This document shows, piece by piece, positions 48,937-63,025 of a stretch of DNA of 64,000 bases; positions within the stretch are counted from its first letter, which is position 1, and every line of letters starts with the position of its first letter. A program made the position numbers and the translations under genes. The notes under the pieces are model-generated. The model worked only from the letters and a program-made list of their open reading frames with translations, had not been told where the DNA came from and did no database searches. Source of the DNA: Octopus sinensis (lineage: Eukaryota); NCBI RefSeq assembly GCF_006345805.1, contig NC_043004.1, forward strand, positions 88,102,001-88,166,000, given 5' to 3'.

Positions 48937-49945
48937 ATCAACAATCAAGGAACGGCATAATAGGCCATTCACCCACTAGAAATAACAGCCAAAGCTTCAA
49001 CCGCAAATAAAAATCAATTCCGTAAACAGGAGAAAATTTAAAAAACATTACCCTGTAATTTCTTATACGATGCACCGTTTCATCTGCGTTTAATGGCAAA
49101 AACCTGATTAAATTAAATCAAGCCAATCTTCCATAGGCCCTCAGATTCTTCAGTAAGAAATAGCCAAGTCGGAACAGATATTTACACGAGGCATTCCGAC
49201 CCTGCCAAGGTAATATCTGACCTAAAATTTTCAAACAGGGTAAATGTTTTTTAAATTTTCTCCTGTTTACGGAATTGATTTTTATTTGCGGTTGAAGCTT
49301 TGGCTGTTATTTCTAGGGGTGAATGGCCTATTATGGCCGTTCCTTGATTGTTGATGTTGAACTTAAAATGGTCTATGACTATTTAATTTTTTCCCACTAG
49401 GCCGCTGGTGGCAAAAAAATTCTACAAAATTTTTTTTGCCACCCTAATATGATTAATATGAATTTTCTGGTTATTCCGTAATGGAATCGACGGCTTATAT
49501 TTATTTGCTGCCGATAAATTTGGCGCGAGTGCGATGATTTGAAAATTTTAGGTCAGATATTACCTTGGCAGGGTCGGAAATGCCTCGTGTAAATATCTGT
49601 TCCGACTTGGGCTATTTCTTACTGAAGAATCTGAGGGCCTATGGAAGATTGGCTTGATTTAATTTAATCAGGTTAGTTTGCCATTAACAGCAGATGAAAC
49701 GGTGCATCGGATAAGATAAGAAATTACAGGGTAAAGTTTTTTAAATTTTCTCCTGTTTACGGAATTGATTTTTATTTGCGGTTGAAGCTTGGCTGTTATT
49801 TCTAGTGGGTGAATGGCTATTATGGCCGTTCCTTGATTGTTGTGTTGAACTTAAAATGGTCTATGACTATTTAATTTTTTCCCACTAGGCCGCTGGTGGC
49901 AAAAAAATTCTACAAAATTTTTTTTGCCACCCTATATTGATTAAT
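48937..49945. repeat. Patchwork of inverted and direct local duplications
   Basis: 48937-49235 inverted at about 49540-49845; 49240-49455 direct at about 49728-49945. Confidence 0.9.
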
Positions 49946-50029
49946 TATATATAATATATATATATATACACACACACCACACACACACACACCAACACAA
50001 TATATATATATATATATATATATCTTTCT

Positions 50030-50422
50030 CTTTTCTCTTTTACTTGTTTCAGTCATTTGACTGCGGCCATGCTGGAGCACCGCCTTTAGTCGATCAAATC
50101 GACCCTGGGACTTATTCTTTGTAAGCCCAGTAGTTATTCTATCGGTCTCTTTTTGCCGAACCGCTAAATGACGGGGACGTAAACACACCAGCATCGGTTG
50201 TCAAACAATACTAGGGGGACAAACACAGACACACAAAACACATACACACACATACATATATGCGACAGGCTTCTTTCCAGTTTCCGTCTACCAAATCGAC
50301 TCACAAGGCTTTGGTCGGCCCGAGGCTATAGCAGAAGACACTTGCCCAAGGTGCCCGCAGTGGGACTGAACCCGGAACAATGTGGTGGTAAGCAGGCTAC
50401 TTACCACACAGCCACTCCTGCG

Positions 50423-50425
<3 letters not shown>
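50030..50425 (-). mobile_element. SINE family B, full length
   Basis: Inverted duplicate at 53776-54180. Confidence 0.9.
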
Positions 50426-50466
<41 letters not shown>

Positions 50467-50869
50467 TATATATGTATATATAAATATATATATGATCAAA
50501 TTAAAAACAGAACCCAAAGGATATCGCGGTACACGTGTTTCAAGTTTTATAAACAATCCGTTATTACATCAGTGTATTATTGATATAAAAGATGCTTTAA
50601 CGTTCTCTTCAGCCGCAAACATTGTTAGTCCAAAGATTATATCCCAATATAAGAAATATTAAAAGTACATGTAGTATTACCCATTATAATAGGTTTATCA
50701 TATCTCCTTGGAAAAGTGTATTTCTAACATTTCTTAACTGTATAAATGTATAAAGATCCATTGGATTTCGAAAATCTGCCCATACTGTATCACCAATCAG
50801 CATAGAGTCATATGAGTATGTATGTATGTATGTATGTATGTATGTATGTATGTATGTATGTATGTATGT

Positions 50870-51335
50870 ATGTATATATATACGATGGATTTTTTAATGT
50901 CCATATGATATAGATTACCATTTTTTTCCGAAGGCATAATAATTCCCTCGTTGCTGTTCATTCCCTCTAAGGGGATATTTGACAAACTTTATGTTATTAG
51001 CAATGTTCCACAAATCCTTTTCCGAAGCCTCCAAATAGCTGTTAAGAGGTGGAAATTTTCTGCTTCTCAAGTTCTTAAAAATTTCAAGTGTATACATATA
51101 TACGACGGGCTTCTTTCAGTTTCCGTCTACCAAATCCACTCACAAGGGTTGGTCGGCCCGAGGTTATAGTAGAACACACTTGCCCAAGTGTCTTCTGCTA
51201 CCACGCAGTGGGACTGAACCCGAAACCACGTGGTCGTAAGCAAGCTACTTACCACACATCCACTCCTACGCCTTTATATATATATATATGAATGTATCTA
51301 GGTGTGTGCATGCATATATAAATATATATATTATA
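50870..51335 (+). repeat. Direct duplication copy 1 (copy 2 about 54475-54950), includes a SINE B 5' half
   Basis: Near identical; yields duplicate ORFs 50915-51097 and 54532-54714. Confidence 0.9.
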
Positions 51336-51339
51336 TATA

Positions 51340-51439
51340 NNNNNNNNNNNNNNNNNNNNNNNNNNNNNNNNNNNNNNNNNNNNNNNNNNNNNNNNNNNNN
51401 NNNNNNNNNNNNNNNNNNNNNNNNNNNNNNNNNNNNNNN
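51340..51439. other. Assembly gap (100 N)
   Basis: Direct. Confidence 1.
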
Positions 51440-53297
51440 ATATGTGCACGCGCGCGCGTGGTCTGAATAACCTTCATGAGGAATTACTTGGGTATTCATG
51501 GTTATAATGTTAATATTATGTAAATCCAACTCCACTACATGTGGTTGTCGGAAACTGAAAATCTGCAAAATAATTTTAGGAGATGACGAGAATATGCGAG
51601 GGACAACTATTTGATTAACAAATTAATTAATTGTAATTAGGTATTTAATTATGCGTACAAACGAACAGCTAGTGATAAAATGGAAGGTTCCTCTAATCAT
51701 TCACAAACGTTGGTATCTTGTGTAAAGTTATGTAACGACATCGTTTTCCCATTTCTTCTCTCTACCTCTCTCTCTCTCACACACGCACATACACAGACAT
51801 ACACGCACCGCATATATTATATATATGTATATATATTTTATGGATACTCCCACATACTTATTTGTGCGAATATATGCCTATATATTTAAGAATATTTAAG
51901 AATATATATATTATATGTGTGTGGTGGGTATGTGTGGTGTGTGTACACACATGAAAAAATATACATATAAATAATATCTATATGTACATATACATAATGT
52001 GTATATACATTACGTGTACGCACGTACATCTCTACACGCTAATGCACACGCACACACAAACACACGCACACACAAACACACGCACACCCACACTGTCTAT
52101 ATATTGAAATAAACTTTGTGAGAAATGTTCTATTAGAAAAAGTTTCTGGTCGTCTTACTATTGATCTTATACGTTTTGAAATATACTTGGTATGTCATTG
52201 ATACGTGCGGAAATGTTCGTTTGAAGATGGTATTAATATAAATAACAATAACGGCTGTGTGTAACAAGAGACGCAATAACATATTAACAATGATAAGATA
52301 TTGATATATATTTATATTGTATCACCATGGGTGTGTATGTCTGTGTGTGATGTGCGTTCGTGTTCATATAAGATTTATAAGAATATATGAGGACTAGCAT
52401 TATGACCTGTCGTTGCCGGGTCATAGTGCTAGTGCATGTATATATGTGTATATTATGAGTACATATTACATGTACATCTATGTATATACATCTACACATA
52501 AAATACAAAATTACAAAGATAATCTTGATATCGCTAGTGATAACAATACTTCAAATATATAACAGACTGGAATTGTAGGCCCGTCTCTTGCATTTCGATC
52601 AATTGTATCTTGTCCCCCTCTTGTATAGAAGTATGGCTACAATCCAGCCTACCTCTATTTCTGGAGGGACATTTTAAATTTTTATCCGGGACGACCTACG
52701 TCCCAGATATAAAAGGTAAAAAAATAAAATATTTCCACTTTGTAAGGTTCGAGTCGAGTACTCCCTTGCACGCTCCGTTGACTCGAAACCTGGCTTCTAT
52801 TGTGGCGAATTTATCGCCTCTGGTTAGAATCTTTCATAGTCGCACCAAGACACTTTTCGATGGTGCTTTCCTCCAGGTGTTCAAATCTTTTTTTTCTCTA
52901 CATTTGTATACTATTATGGCAATAGTCTATTCTTTAATTTTATTTTTTATTTCGTTTGGTGGGTATTATCCTAGATTCACCATCTTTGTCGGATCAATCC
53001 GAAATAGGTTTGTATTTCTTCCATTTTAATTTTAATGAGTTCGCGCCCGCCGATGGCTGCAGCGAAATTCATTTTGGGACTTTCTTCTATCGAAGGCATT
53101 CTACAAAAATGCTTCCGTATAAACGGTGAAAAATATTGTCAGTTCCCCAAATAGGGACACAATTCAATTTTTTAAACAATAACCAAAGCTCCTTTTCCCA
53201 AAGGGGGAGGGTTACAGTTTACAATTATTTAACAAATGCAACAACAATGTTTCCCTTACGAGGAACCAACAAACGTGATAACAATAGTTAAACAGTT
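51440..53297 (+). repeat. ~1.9-kb direct duplication, copy 2
   Basis: Starts exactly at the gap edge. Confidence 0.92.
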
Positions 53298-53699
53298 CGT
53301 ACATACATACATACATACATACATACATACATAATACATATGACTCTATGCTGATTGGTGATACAGTATGGGCAGATTTTCGAAATCCAATGGATCTTTA
53401 TACATTTATACAGTTAAGAAATGTTAGAAATACCCACTTCCAAGGAGTATGATAAACCTATTATAATGGGTAATACTACATGTACTTTTAATATTTCTTA
53501 TATTGGGATATAATCTTTGGACTAACAATGTTTGCGGCTGAAGAGAACGTTAAAGCATCTTTTATATCAATAATACACTGATGTAATAACGGATTGTTTA
53601 TAAAGCTGAAAACGTGTACCGCGATATCCTTTGTGTTCTGTTTTTAATTTGATCATATATATATTTAATATACATATATATGTTATATAGATATATATG

Positions 53700-53778
<79 letters not shown>

Positions 53779-54210
53779 CGCAGGAGTGGCTGTGTGGTAA
53801 GTAGCCTGCTTACCACCACATGGTTCCGGGTTCAGTCCCACTGCGTGGCACCTTGGGCAAGTGTCTTCTGCTATAGCCTCGGGCCGACCAAAGCCTTGTG
53901 AGTCGATTTGGTAGACGGAAACTGGAAGAAGCCTGTCGTATATATGTATATATATGTATGTGTGTGTATGTGTTTGTGTGTCTGTGTTTGTCCCCCTAGT
54001 ATTGTTTGACAACCGATGCTGGTGTGTTTACGTCCCCGTCATTTAGCGGTTCGGCAAAAAGAGACCGATAGAATAAGTACTGGGCTTACAAAGAATAAGT
54101 CCCAGGGTCGATTTGATCGACTAAAGGCGGTGCTCCAGCATGGCCGCAGTCAAATGACTGAAACAAGTAAAAGAAAAAGAGAAAGATATATATATATATA
54201 TATAGTGTGT
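53298..54210 (-). repeat. Inverted duplicate of about 50010-50870
   Basis: Reverse complement match including SINE B and unique AT-rich sequence. Confidence 0.9.
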
Positions 54211-54257
54211 GTGGGTGTTGTGTGTGGTGATATTATATATATATATATTATATATAT

Positions 54258-54470
54258 AACGGGAAGCTTTATGAAAATAAACAAAAAGACGAAGGCAGGT
54301 GGAAGACAAACGAACAATTGTATTAGTATGGCGCTCAGGAAAATATAAATAAAACAAGTCTTTAACGTTTCGAGCCTACGCTCTTCAACAGAAAGATACA
54401 CAGAGAGAGAAAAACACAGAAAGAAGGAGAGAAAAAAAATGCGTGCAGTAGCTAACGAATCAACATGGCG
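54258..54470 (-). mobile_element. Hammerhead-bearing element family H1
   Basis: Aligns with 26957-27168. Confidence 0.8.
54359..54396 (-). ncRNA. Minimal hammerhead motif, variant core CUGUUGA, all stems intact
   Basis: tcttt CTGTTGA A GAGC gtag GCTC GAA ACGT T aaaga. Confidence 0.6.
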
Positions 54471-55225
54471 ATCTGTATGTATGTATGTATATATATATAC
54501 GATGGATTTTTTAATGTCCATATGATATAGATTACCATTTTTTTCCGAAGGCATAATAATTCCCTCGTTGCTGTTCATTCCCTCTAAGGGGATATTTGAC
54601 AAACTTTATGTTATTAGCAATGTTCCACAAATCCTTTTCCGAAGCCTCCAAATAGCTGTTAAGAGGTGGAAATTTTCTGCTTCTCAAGTTCTTAAAAATT
54701 TCAAGTGTATACATATATACGACGGGCTTCTTTCAGTTTCCGTCTACCAAATCCACTCACAAGGGTTTGGTCGGCCCGAGGTTATAGTAGAACACACTTG
54801 CCCAAGTGTCTTCTGCTACCACGCAGTGGGACTGAACCCGAAACCACGTGGTCGTAAGCAAGCTACTTACCACACATCCACTCCTCGCCTTATATATTAT
54901 ATATTGAATGTATCTAGGTGTGTGCATGCCATAATAAATATAAATATATATATATTATATAATATATATATATATATATAATATACATACGTATACAGAG
55001 AAAGAGAGAGAGAGGGGCAGAGAGAGGAGAGAGAGGAGAGAGAGAAAAAGGGAGGTGTATTATATGTAAGTATATATATTACATAAAGCTAACAGGTACA
55101 CAATATACTTCTGCAATGCCACACGCACATAAGGTAGTTATTATCCTTATAGTGACAAGATGCTTATTCATCGTCTCTCTCTCTCTTTTACCCTCTCAGC
55201 CTCTCTTTCTCTCTCTCTGTACATG

Positions 55226-55263
<38 letters not shown>

Positions 55264-55944
55264 ATACACATATATACATACAAGTATGTGTGTATGTGAT
55301 TATATATTAACATATACGCCTGTACGTATAAGCCTTCAGTCGTTGCCTAGATGTCGTACATTATTTTTTTCCAGTGATGTAAACGTAGTATTAACTGTTC
55401 TCAATATTTATTACATCATACCGCTAAGACAAACCAATCTCTACCGTCATATCAAAAAATCTGTCAATACTCGTTTGTTTGCTTCCTTCCCAGTTATATC
55501 AGTTTACAGTTTACATTAGCTAAAGCTGGGCACACCAATGCATTACTAGCTGTCTCACTTCACCATACACCGCCATTTTTCTTAGAGTTCAACGTTCCCA
55601 ATCATGATAGAAATAACCATAGAAGTTGAACACTACTTTTAGTAAGTAAGTGTCCAAACAATTCACTGTACATGAGTCATTGTAAATTGACCTGATAGAA
55701 ATAGAAACCGAATTTCTCTCAATTTACACTTGAAAAGGTTGCAAGACGCAACGAAAATTTTAGGAAAATAAAAATAAGAAATAAGTGGAAATTTTACTGG
55801 TGGGTGTGTTAAATAATAAGGCACAAAAAGAAAATGACTCTCCCCAGACACAACAGAATATGCTTCAACACACGAACTCATATAAAGAATCTTGCGAACC
55901 AAATCCAAAAACGAAAAAGAATATATAGTTATAGACGTATTTAT

Positions 55945-56120
55945 AAAAGGACGGTGGGGGGCCGTTTTTACGCTCCGAATTAAAATTCCGCCGACGTTGA
56001 CTTTGTTTTCATCCTTTCGAGGTTGAGAAAATAAGTACCAGCTGAGATCTACAATCGATGTAATCGACTTAAGACTTTCTCCGAAATTGCTGGCCTTGTG
56101 CCAAAATTTGAAATCAGTAT
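55945..56120 (+). mobile_element. SINE family A, degenerate
   Basis: aaattccgccgacgttgactttg..ataagtaccagctg..ggccttgtgccaaaatttgaaa. Confidence 0.8.
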
Positions 56121-56550
56121 TTTTGTACTTCCACTTTTTCCTACAACCTTTCTCTCTTTTTCTTGCTCTCCCAACTAACCTCTCTATCGTTTCTTCTCCG
56201 TATATTTACGATATTCTATCCTTTCTAATTTGGATTTCAATACTGACCTTGTCCTGTTATGACTGACACCCTCTGATCTAAATAAAAGAAAAAAAACTAC
56301 GCACATACACACACGCTCAATGCAAAATGAAGAAGGGAAAATACATCTTCTTTTTGAATTTGTTTAGCAATTTTCTTGATATGAAACCACGTTGAAAGAG
56401 ATGTACAATTGCTGGGGCGTTACATCCATAATAGTACTTATACATATTGTTTGCTTTTCCCCTGATCTTCGTTAACTGCTTATAACAAAATGTCGAACTA
56501 CAACCTCTGAATTTGTATGTTATTATTAGTACAGTTTATGTGTGTATGTG

Positions 56551-56640
<90 letters not shown>

Positions 56641-56641
<1 letters not shown>

Positions 56642-56845
56642 GAGAGGGTGCTGAAACGTTCCTTGCTTTAAGGGTTCGCAAAAGGCCGGGCTGAAGACCC
56701 AATATTCCGAGTTCTTTTACTGGATTTAGAGAAACTGAAGGACCGCTGCAATAAGTGTATGAGTCTGAGAGGAGAATAGAATTAATCATAATTAACTGAT
56801 CCTCCTGTATTTTATTTTACCCAAAACCAGGAACTTTTCAGCATG
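56641..56845. mobile_element. Mariner-derived MITE (~200 bp)
   Basis: gagggtgctgaaacgttcc..ggaacttttcagca inverted ends; interior resembles a mariner 3' end (DRCNKC). Confidence 0.7.
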
Positions 56846-56872
56846 AACTTGTATGAGTGTATGTATGTATGC

Positions 56873-56992
<120 letters not shown>

Positions 56993-57002
56993 GTATGTAT
57001 GT

Positions 57003-57350
57003 ATAGGCGCAAGCGTGGCTGTTTGGTAATAAGTTTCCTTCCCAACCACATAATTCCAGGTTCAATTCCACTGATTAGTGCCTTGGACTAGTGTTTTCTA
57101 CTATAGCACTAGGCCGATTAAAGCCTTGTTAATAGATTTGTTTGACGGAAATTAAAAGAAGCATATTATATACGTGTGTATATCTACGTGTGTATTTGTG
57201 TGTGTGTGTGTGTGTGTGTGTGTATCTTTTTGCTTGTGCTTGTCACCCACCACGAGTGACAACCGGTGTTGGTTTGCTTAGTCCGCATAAGTTCCGGGGT
57301 CGATTTGTTTGACGTTGCCCCAGCATGGTCACATTCCAATGACTGAAACA
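57003..57350 (+). mobile_element. SINE family B, old degenerate copy
   Basis: taggcgcaagcgtggctgtttggtaa..ccagcatggtcacattccaatgactgaaac. Confidence 0.8.
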
Positions 57351-57604
57351 ACTACAATGAAAAACGAATATATGTACGCACACACACACACACACAAATA
57401 TACAAATACATATTTTTGACGTTGGTAAAACGTGTGTTCAATTAAGAGATGTGAGTACGTGTTCCACATGTAACCTTATAGTTTTCCGATTCAAGTTTTA
57501 TTTTAATTCAGTATTTACATGCTATTATTTATAGCTTTATCTGCTCCGAGAATCACTGTTCCATTCCTTAAAAGAATACTTACCTACACACACACACACA
57601 CACA

Positions 57605-58020
57605 CAATATTCTTTTATTCTTTTACTTGTTTCTGTCATTTGACTGCGGCCATGCTAGAGCACCACACTTAGTCGAGCAAATCGATCCCAGGACTTATTC
57701 TTTGTAAGCCTGGTACTTATCCTATCGGTCTCTTTTGCCGAACCGCTACGTTACGGGAACGTAAACACACCAGTATCGGTTGTCAAGCGATGTTAGGGGG
57801 ACAAACATACACACATAATCACACATACACACACTATATATATATATATATATATACACAACGGGCTTCTTTCAGTTTCCGTCAACTAAATCCACTCATA
57901 AGGCTTTGGGCGGCCTGAGGCTATAGTAGATGATATTTGGCCCAAGGTGCCACGCAGAGGGACTGAAACCCGGAACAATGTGGTTGGTACACAACCTACT
58001 TACCACACAGCCACTCCTGC
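57605..58020 (-). mobile_element. SINE family B, full length, inverted to the preceding copy
   Basis: As 22565-22945. Confidence 0.9.
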
Positions 58021-58040
58021 GTCTCTCTCTCTCACTCTAT

Positions 58041-58105
<65 letters not shown>

Positions 58106-58308
58106 ATATAATATATATATTATATATATATATATATTTCATATACCCAGCCACCTTATAGACAGAGATATTAAAATTCTACTTATTTATTTGTGCAGCT
58201 GATAATAGCCTACATTTAAATTAATGTAATGATTGGATTGTTCAATTAAATGGAGCCGCTTGAAACGGTTGTACTGCATCACTTCTTGATATCCTGTTAC
58301 TTATTTTG

Positions 58309-58352
<44 letters not shown>

Positions 58353-58430
58353 CTGTCTGTCTATCTGTCTATCTATGTATCTATCTATTTATCTAAATGT
58401 AACACACACAACAAACATATATTATAATAT

Positions 58431-58464
<34 letters not shown>

Positions 58465-59167
58465 ATATATATATATATTATATATATAATATATATATTC
58501 ACAACATATACAGCAGCAGGAATATAAGCAAGGACACATATACACAGAATGTGTGTGCACATACTCTGCTTAGCATTATGCTTGCAACTCTGGTGACGAA
58601 TACCATTCTGTGAATGCTACTGGAAGAGCTGTAAATGTTAGGTGGGCGAGCCTACACTATAAGACGTCTTTGGAATATTTCCGCAATTTTCTTTGTAGAA
58701 AATGTCAAGTTATATTTAATGACTAATGACTAAGGAACCACGAGGATTTTTCTCTTTTAATACTAATGCGGGGAATATCCCAGTCTCTTATCTCTTAGTA
58801 CTCTGACGTCATACAAAACACTTTTATTTATCTTTCATTAATTTTCTTTTGTTTCTTCTTTCCTTTTCTTCTTTCTATGAGTTACTGCGGCATTCTTTGA
58901 CTTAATCATTTTTGCTTTGTTTGTTTCATTTACATATGCATTTTTCTACTTATATATTTCTATTCATTATATGTCTGTCTTCTGTCTGTCTGTCTGTCGT
59001 CTGTCTGTCTGTCTGTCTGTCTCTCTCCTCTCTCTCTCTCTTCTCTCTCCTCTCTCTCTTCTCTCTCTTATATATATATATTATATATATATATATATAT
59101 ATATTTGTTTTGTTTTTCAGGATTAAATAAAAAGACAAGCGGAAAATATGACCTACCTACATAAATA

Positions 59168-59436
59168 TCTATAAAGCTGAAATGCGAAAAGTTTGCTTGT
59201 CTCATTCTGGATTGGAACGGTTTAAGGGGCACTAGATGGGGTCGGACTGGCTCCAAAATTTACAGGGACGTGTAAAAAAAGGGGAAGAGTAAGAGAGTGG
59301 GAAAGTGAGAGAGAAAGTGAGAGAGAAAGGAGAGAGAAACAAAGCGGTAGAATGTGGCGATAAGAAAAAGAACGGTAGTAACAGAAAGTAACGACCACAC
59401 CCTCACCCGCGCGTAGAGTGGGTCACCTTAATCTAG
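59168..59436 (+). mobile_element. Complete short non-autonomous Helitron (~270 bp)
   Basis: 5' A|TCtataaag, 3' hairpin acccgc-gcgtaga-gtgggt then CTAG|T. Confidence 0.7.
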
Positions 59437-59585
59437 TATATAATAAAAAAAAACGTGTAGTAAATAAACAAATGGACATTTACTAAACACACAGGCGGAC
59501 AGAAAACATAGCCGGTCACCAATGTTTTATAAGTTATTGGCCAAAGGGTCAAACGCATTTTCAGCCATGTATGTATGTATGTATG

Positions 59586-59617
<32 letters not shown>

Positions 59618-59759
59618 TGTATGTATGTATTCTATCTATCTATCTTTCTCTATATATGTCACTGTCAGAATAGATATTTATCTGCCTGTCTCTAGACTGA
59701 TAGACAGGTAGATAAATATCATCCCTCTCTGAACCTAGGTGTATTTATTTAACCGGCCA

Positions 59760-60000
59760 CCTACCTACCTATCTACCTACCTACCTACCTACCTACCTAC
59801 CTACCTACCTACCTACCTACCTACCTACCTACCTACCTACCTAGCTAGCTAGCTACCTAGCTACCTACCTAGCTACCTAGCTACCTACCTACCTACCTAC
59901 CTACCTACCTACCTACCTACCTACCTACCTACCTACTACTACCTAGCTAGCTAGCTACCTAGCTACCTAGCTACCTACCTACCTATATACCTACCTACCT
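59760..60000. repeat. (CTAC)/(CTAG)n microsatellite
   Basis: Direct. Confidence 0.95.
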
Positions 60001-60871
60001 ATCTATCCTTACACGAAAACACACATTCATATATGCCTGTGTTTATCTATTTGTATGTGCATATATATGTGTAGACGTATCTATCTACTTTTCTACGTTA
60101 ACGTGTATTTATATGGGTATATATATATATATATATATGTGGTGTGTGTGTGTGTGTGTGTGTTTGTAGCTGTATATGCATATGTTCAGCAGATGTACGC
60201 CTTATAAAGAGCACAGTCTAGGGCAATTTTCAAAATCAAAACAAAATCGGTTTACAAGTCTATGTTTGTATAAATGAGCATATATGAGCATATGCACATA
60301 CATACGTGTATATATATGTATATCGTTGTACATATGCATTTACTTATAGGGAATTAAAGATTAATTTCCTGTATCAAATTTAACCTTTGAAATGCAAATG
60401 TTACCTACAAAAATTAAACAAACCAAAAAACAGGTACACAGATAGAGCTAGATTTTCCTCGCCATCTTCTTCCAGTTCAACTTTACCTATAAACAACCCT
60501 CTATTTTTGCTTCTTTTTTACTTCTTCCATTAACATTTCTGATATCTCTTCTTATCCCCACAACTCGTAGTTTCTGTTCACCTCTTTTACAGATCCATAA
60601 AAACACTTTGTTATATGCCACAAAGATGAATGATTAAGCAACACAAAGATCGTAGACACTGAGGCCCATCCACATGATGAACTAAAATATATAAGAAAAA
60701 GTCATGGAAATTTTACAGACTGACGAACGTAACTAAGCTGGAAATTCGAAAAGTCACTGCCAAATATTTGGTTTCACACACACACACACACACACACACC
60801 GCACACACACGCGCACACACACACGCGCACACACACACACACACGCACACGCACGCACGCATGCACACACG

Positions 60872-60917
<46 letters not shown>

Positions 60918-61374
60918 TAATTGGTGGCTGTCTAATCATTAGACAATCATGATTATCGCAGACAGGTAGTGTCAGCAATCCCAGTGCAAGGTTTTTGAGT
61001 CGTGTGCAGCTTGCATGTCACCATAAGGACTCTCACTGGCAATACCAAGGAACCTAGAGACAAGCAAAGTGTAAGATATCCGGCTCAGCATAGTAGTTGG
61101 TGTTATATACGAGTTAGGCTCTCTCTCGAAATATTTATTGACAAACACCAGGGGTCCCCACTCTCAGTGGGTTCACTGCATATTACATACATACATACAT
61201 ACATGCATATATATACCTATACATACATACACATATACACACAACACATATATATATACACATATATCTATATCTATATAATATACATGTGTATATGTAT
61301 ATTGTATGTATGTATGTATGTATGTATGTATGTATGTATGTATGTATTATATATATATATATATATATATATAT

Positions 61375-61952
61375 TTTCTGTAACAAGCGGATTATAAGGG
61401 ATAAAACAGTGTATTGGCTTTAGAATAACCTCTTTAGCCCTTAATTATATGATGTATATGCAACCGTAACGGTTTTTTTAAATATACTGCCCACGCTTCC
61501 TGATGAATTCCTTGCTGTAGAGTAAGGGACTTCATCCTATATTGCTTAGTAGTAAACTCGATGCTTGCTACAGGAGGATGGTAACCATTACAATTTGTAG
61601 CGGCGAAAGGTCTGGACGTTGTTTTCTGAGGCTGACCAAAGAATTTTTATTTTTTTTAGATATAAATGATGTACTCAAGTGTAGTTATGTTTTTTAGCTT
61701 GTGCTTTTTCCATGATCATACGTGAGTATTTTATTTATATCCCATCGAAATTTCTACTGAAGAAGGAATATATCTTTTTTTTATAGATTAAGTCCGAAAT
61801 TGATTCAATATAGAGATAACGAAATTTAAATTTTCTAAAGGTTAGTTGCCCGTTTTCAGTTTCAATTTTCCTGTAACAAGCGGATTATAAGTGGATAAAA
61901 CAGTGTATTTGGCTTAGAATAACCCTCTTTAGCCCTTAATTATATGATATAT
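61375..61952 (+). repeat. ~85-bp direct repeat (61375-61460 and 61866-61952)
   Basis: ctgtaacaagcggattataag..ttagcccttaattatatgat twice, differing by small indels. Confidence 0.85.
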
Positions 61953-62349
61953 ATATAATTATAATATATATTATTATAATATATACGAGACCAAAGTGTA
62001 CAGTGATAATGAATTTGTTTTTAGGAGAAAATATAAACTTGGGTTGTCAGTAATTGACATCCAAATAAACGAAATCATGTTTCCAGTGATTTATAAGATG
62101 TGATTGGACGGGATACGTCGGTCCATTCCTGTACTTTTAGGATCAATAAATATATGTATATATTAAAATAATTCAAATAAAACTTAAACGAAGTAAGACA
62201 TTCTATTCGAGAATATAATGATAAACACACACACACACACATATATATATGTGTGTGTGTATATATATATATGTATATATATATGTATATATATATGTAT
62301 ATATAGTTATATATATATGTATATATATATATATATATATACACACACA

Positions 62350-62580
62350 TCTATATAGTTGAAATTTACAGAAAAAACCTAAGATGAAGACAGGTGTATA
62401 AACAACAAGCAGGTGTATTTGAGCTCGCGAAGGTGAGAAAGTATTTTACGTTTCGATACACACACATACACACATGCACACAAATATATATATACACACA
62501 TTTATATGTACATATATATATGTATAGTTGAAATTGACAGAAAAACAAAAGACGAAGACAAGTGTATAAACAGCAGCAGG
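62350..62580 (-). mobile_element. Two truncated H1-related fragments (first breaks inside the hammerhead)
   Basis: gaagacaggtgtataaacaac..ttttacgtttcga. Confidence 0.55.
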
Positions 62581-62584
62581 AGTA

Positions 62585-63025
62585 ATAGCTTCGGCTTCAT
62601 GATGTTTCGCGGAAGTGTCATCTCGCAACCGAGCTTTTCTAGTACCCAGTCCACGACACTCTAAGGATTCTGCGGTAACCCCACATTTCAAAAGCGCTCA
62701 CTCTTTTCTCGTCTGCCTTCAACATTGTCCACGACTCGCAGCCGTACGTCGCAATAGAGAAAGCGGCAGCCCAAAGTAGCCTTATCTTCAGCAGCATTGA
62801 CACACCACGACTCTTCCAGATGTTCTCCATATTTTGTACAGCTTGCCTCGCTATCGCGAGCCTTCTTCGTATCTCTGGTGTACTTGATCCACTGCTGCTG
62901 ATTGTGGATCCCAAGTACACAAAATCATCCACTTCCTAAATCATCTCGCCGTCTACGTTGAAGTCACCTTGGTCTGTTCTGTACTTATCCACCACTAGGA
63001 TCTTTGTTTTCCTTACATTCAGGAA
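62585..63025 (-). mobile_element. RTE-clade LINE reverse transcriptase fragment
   Basis: LNVRKTKILV..EVDDFVYLGSTISSSG..EIRRRLAIAR..KIRLL..IATYGCESWT..FEMWGYRRILRVSWT. Confidence 0.92.

Noticed and set aside
50915-54714. Two identical 60-aa ORFs suggesting a duplicated small gene
   Set aside because: Product of the near-identical duplication beside the assembly gap; alternative start, no known motif.
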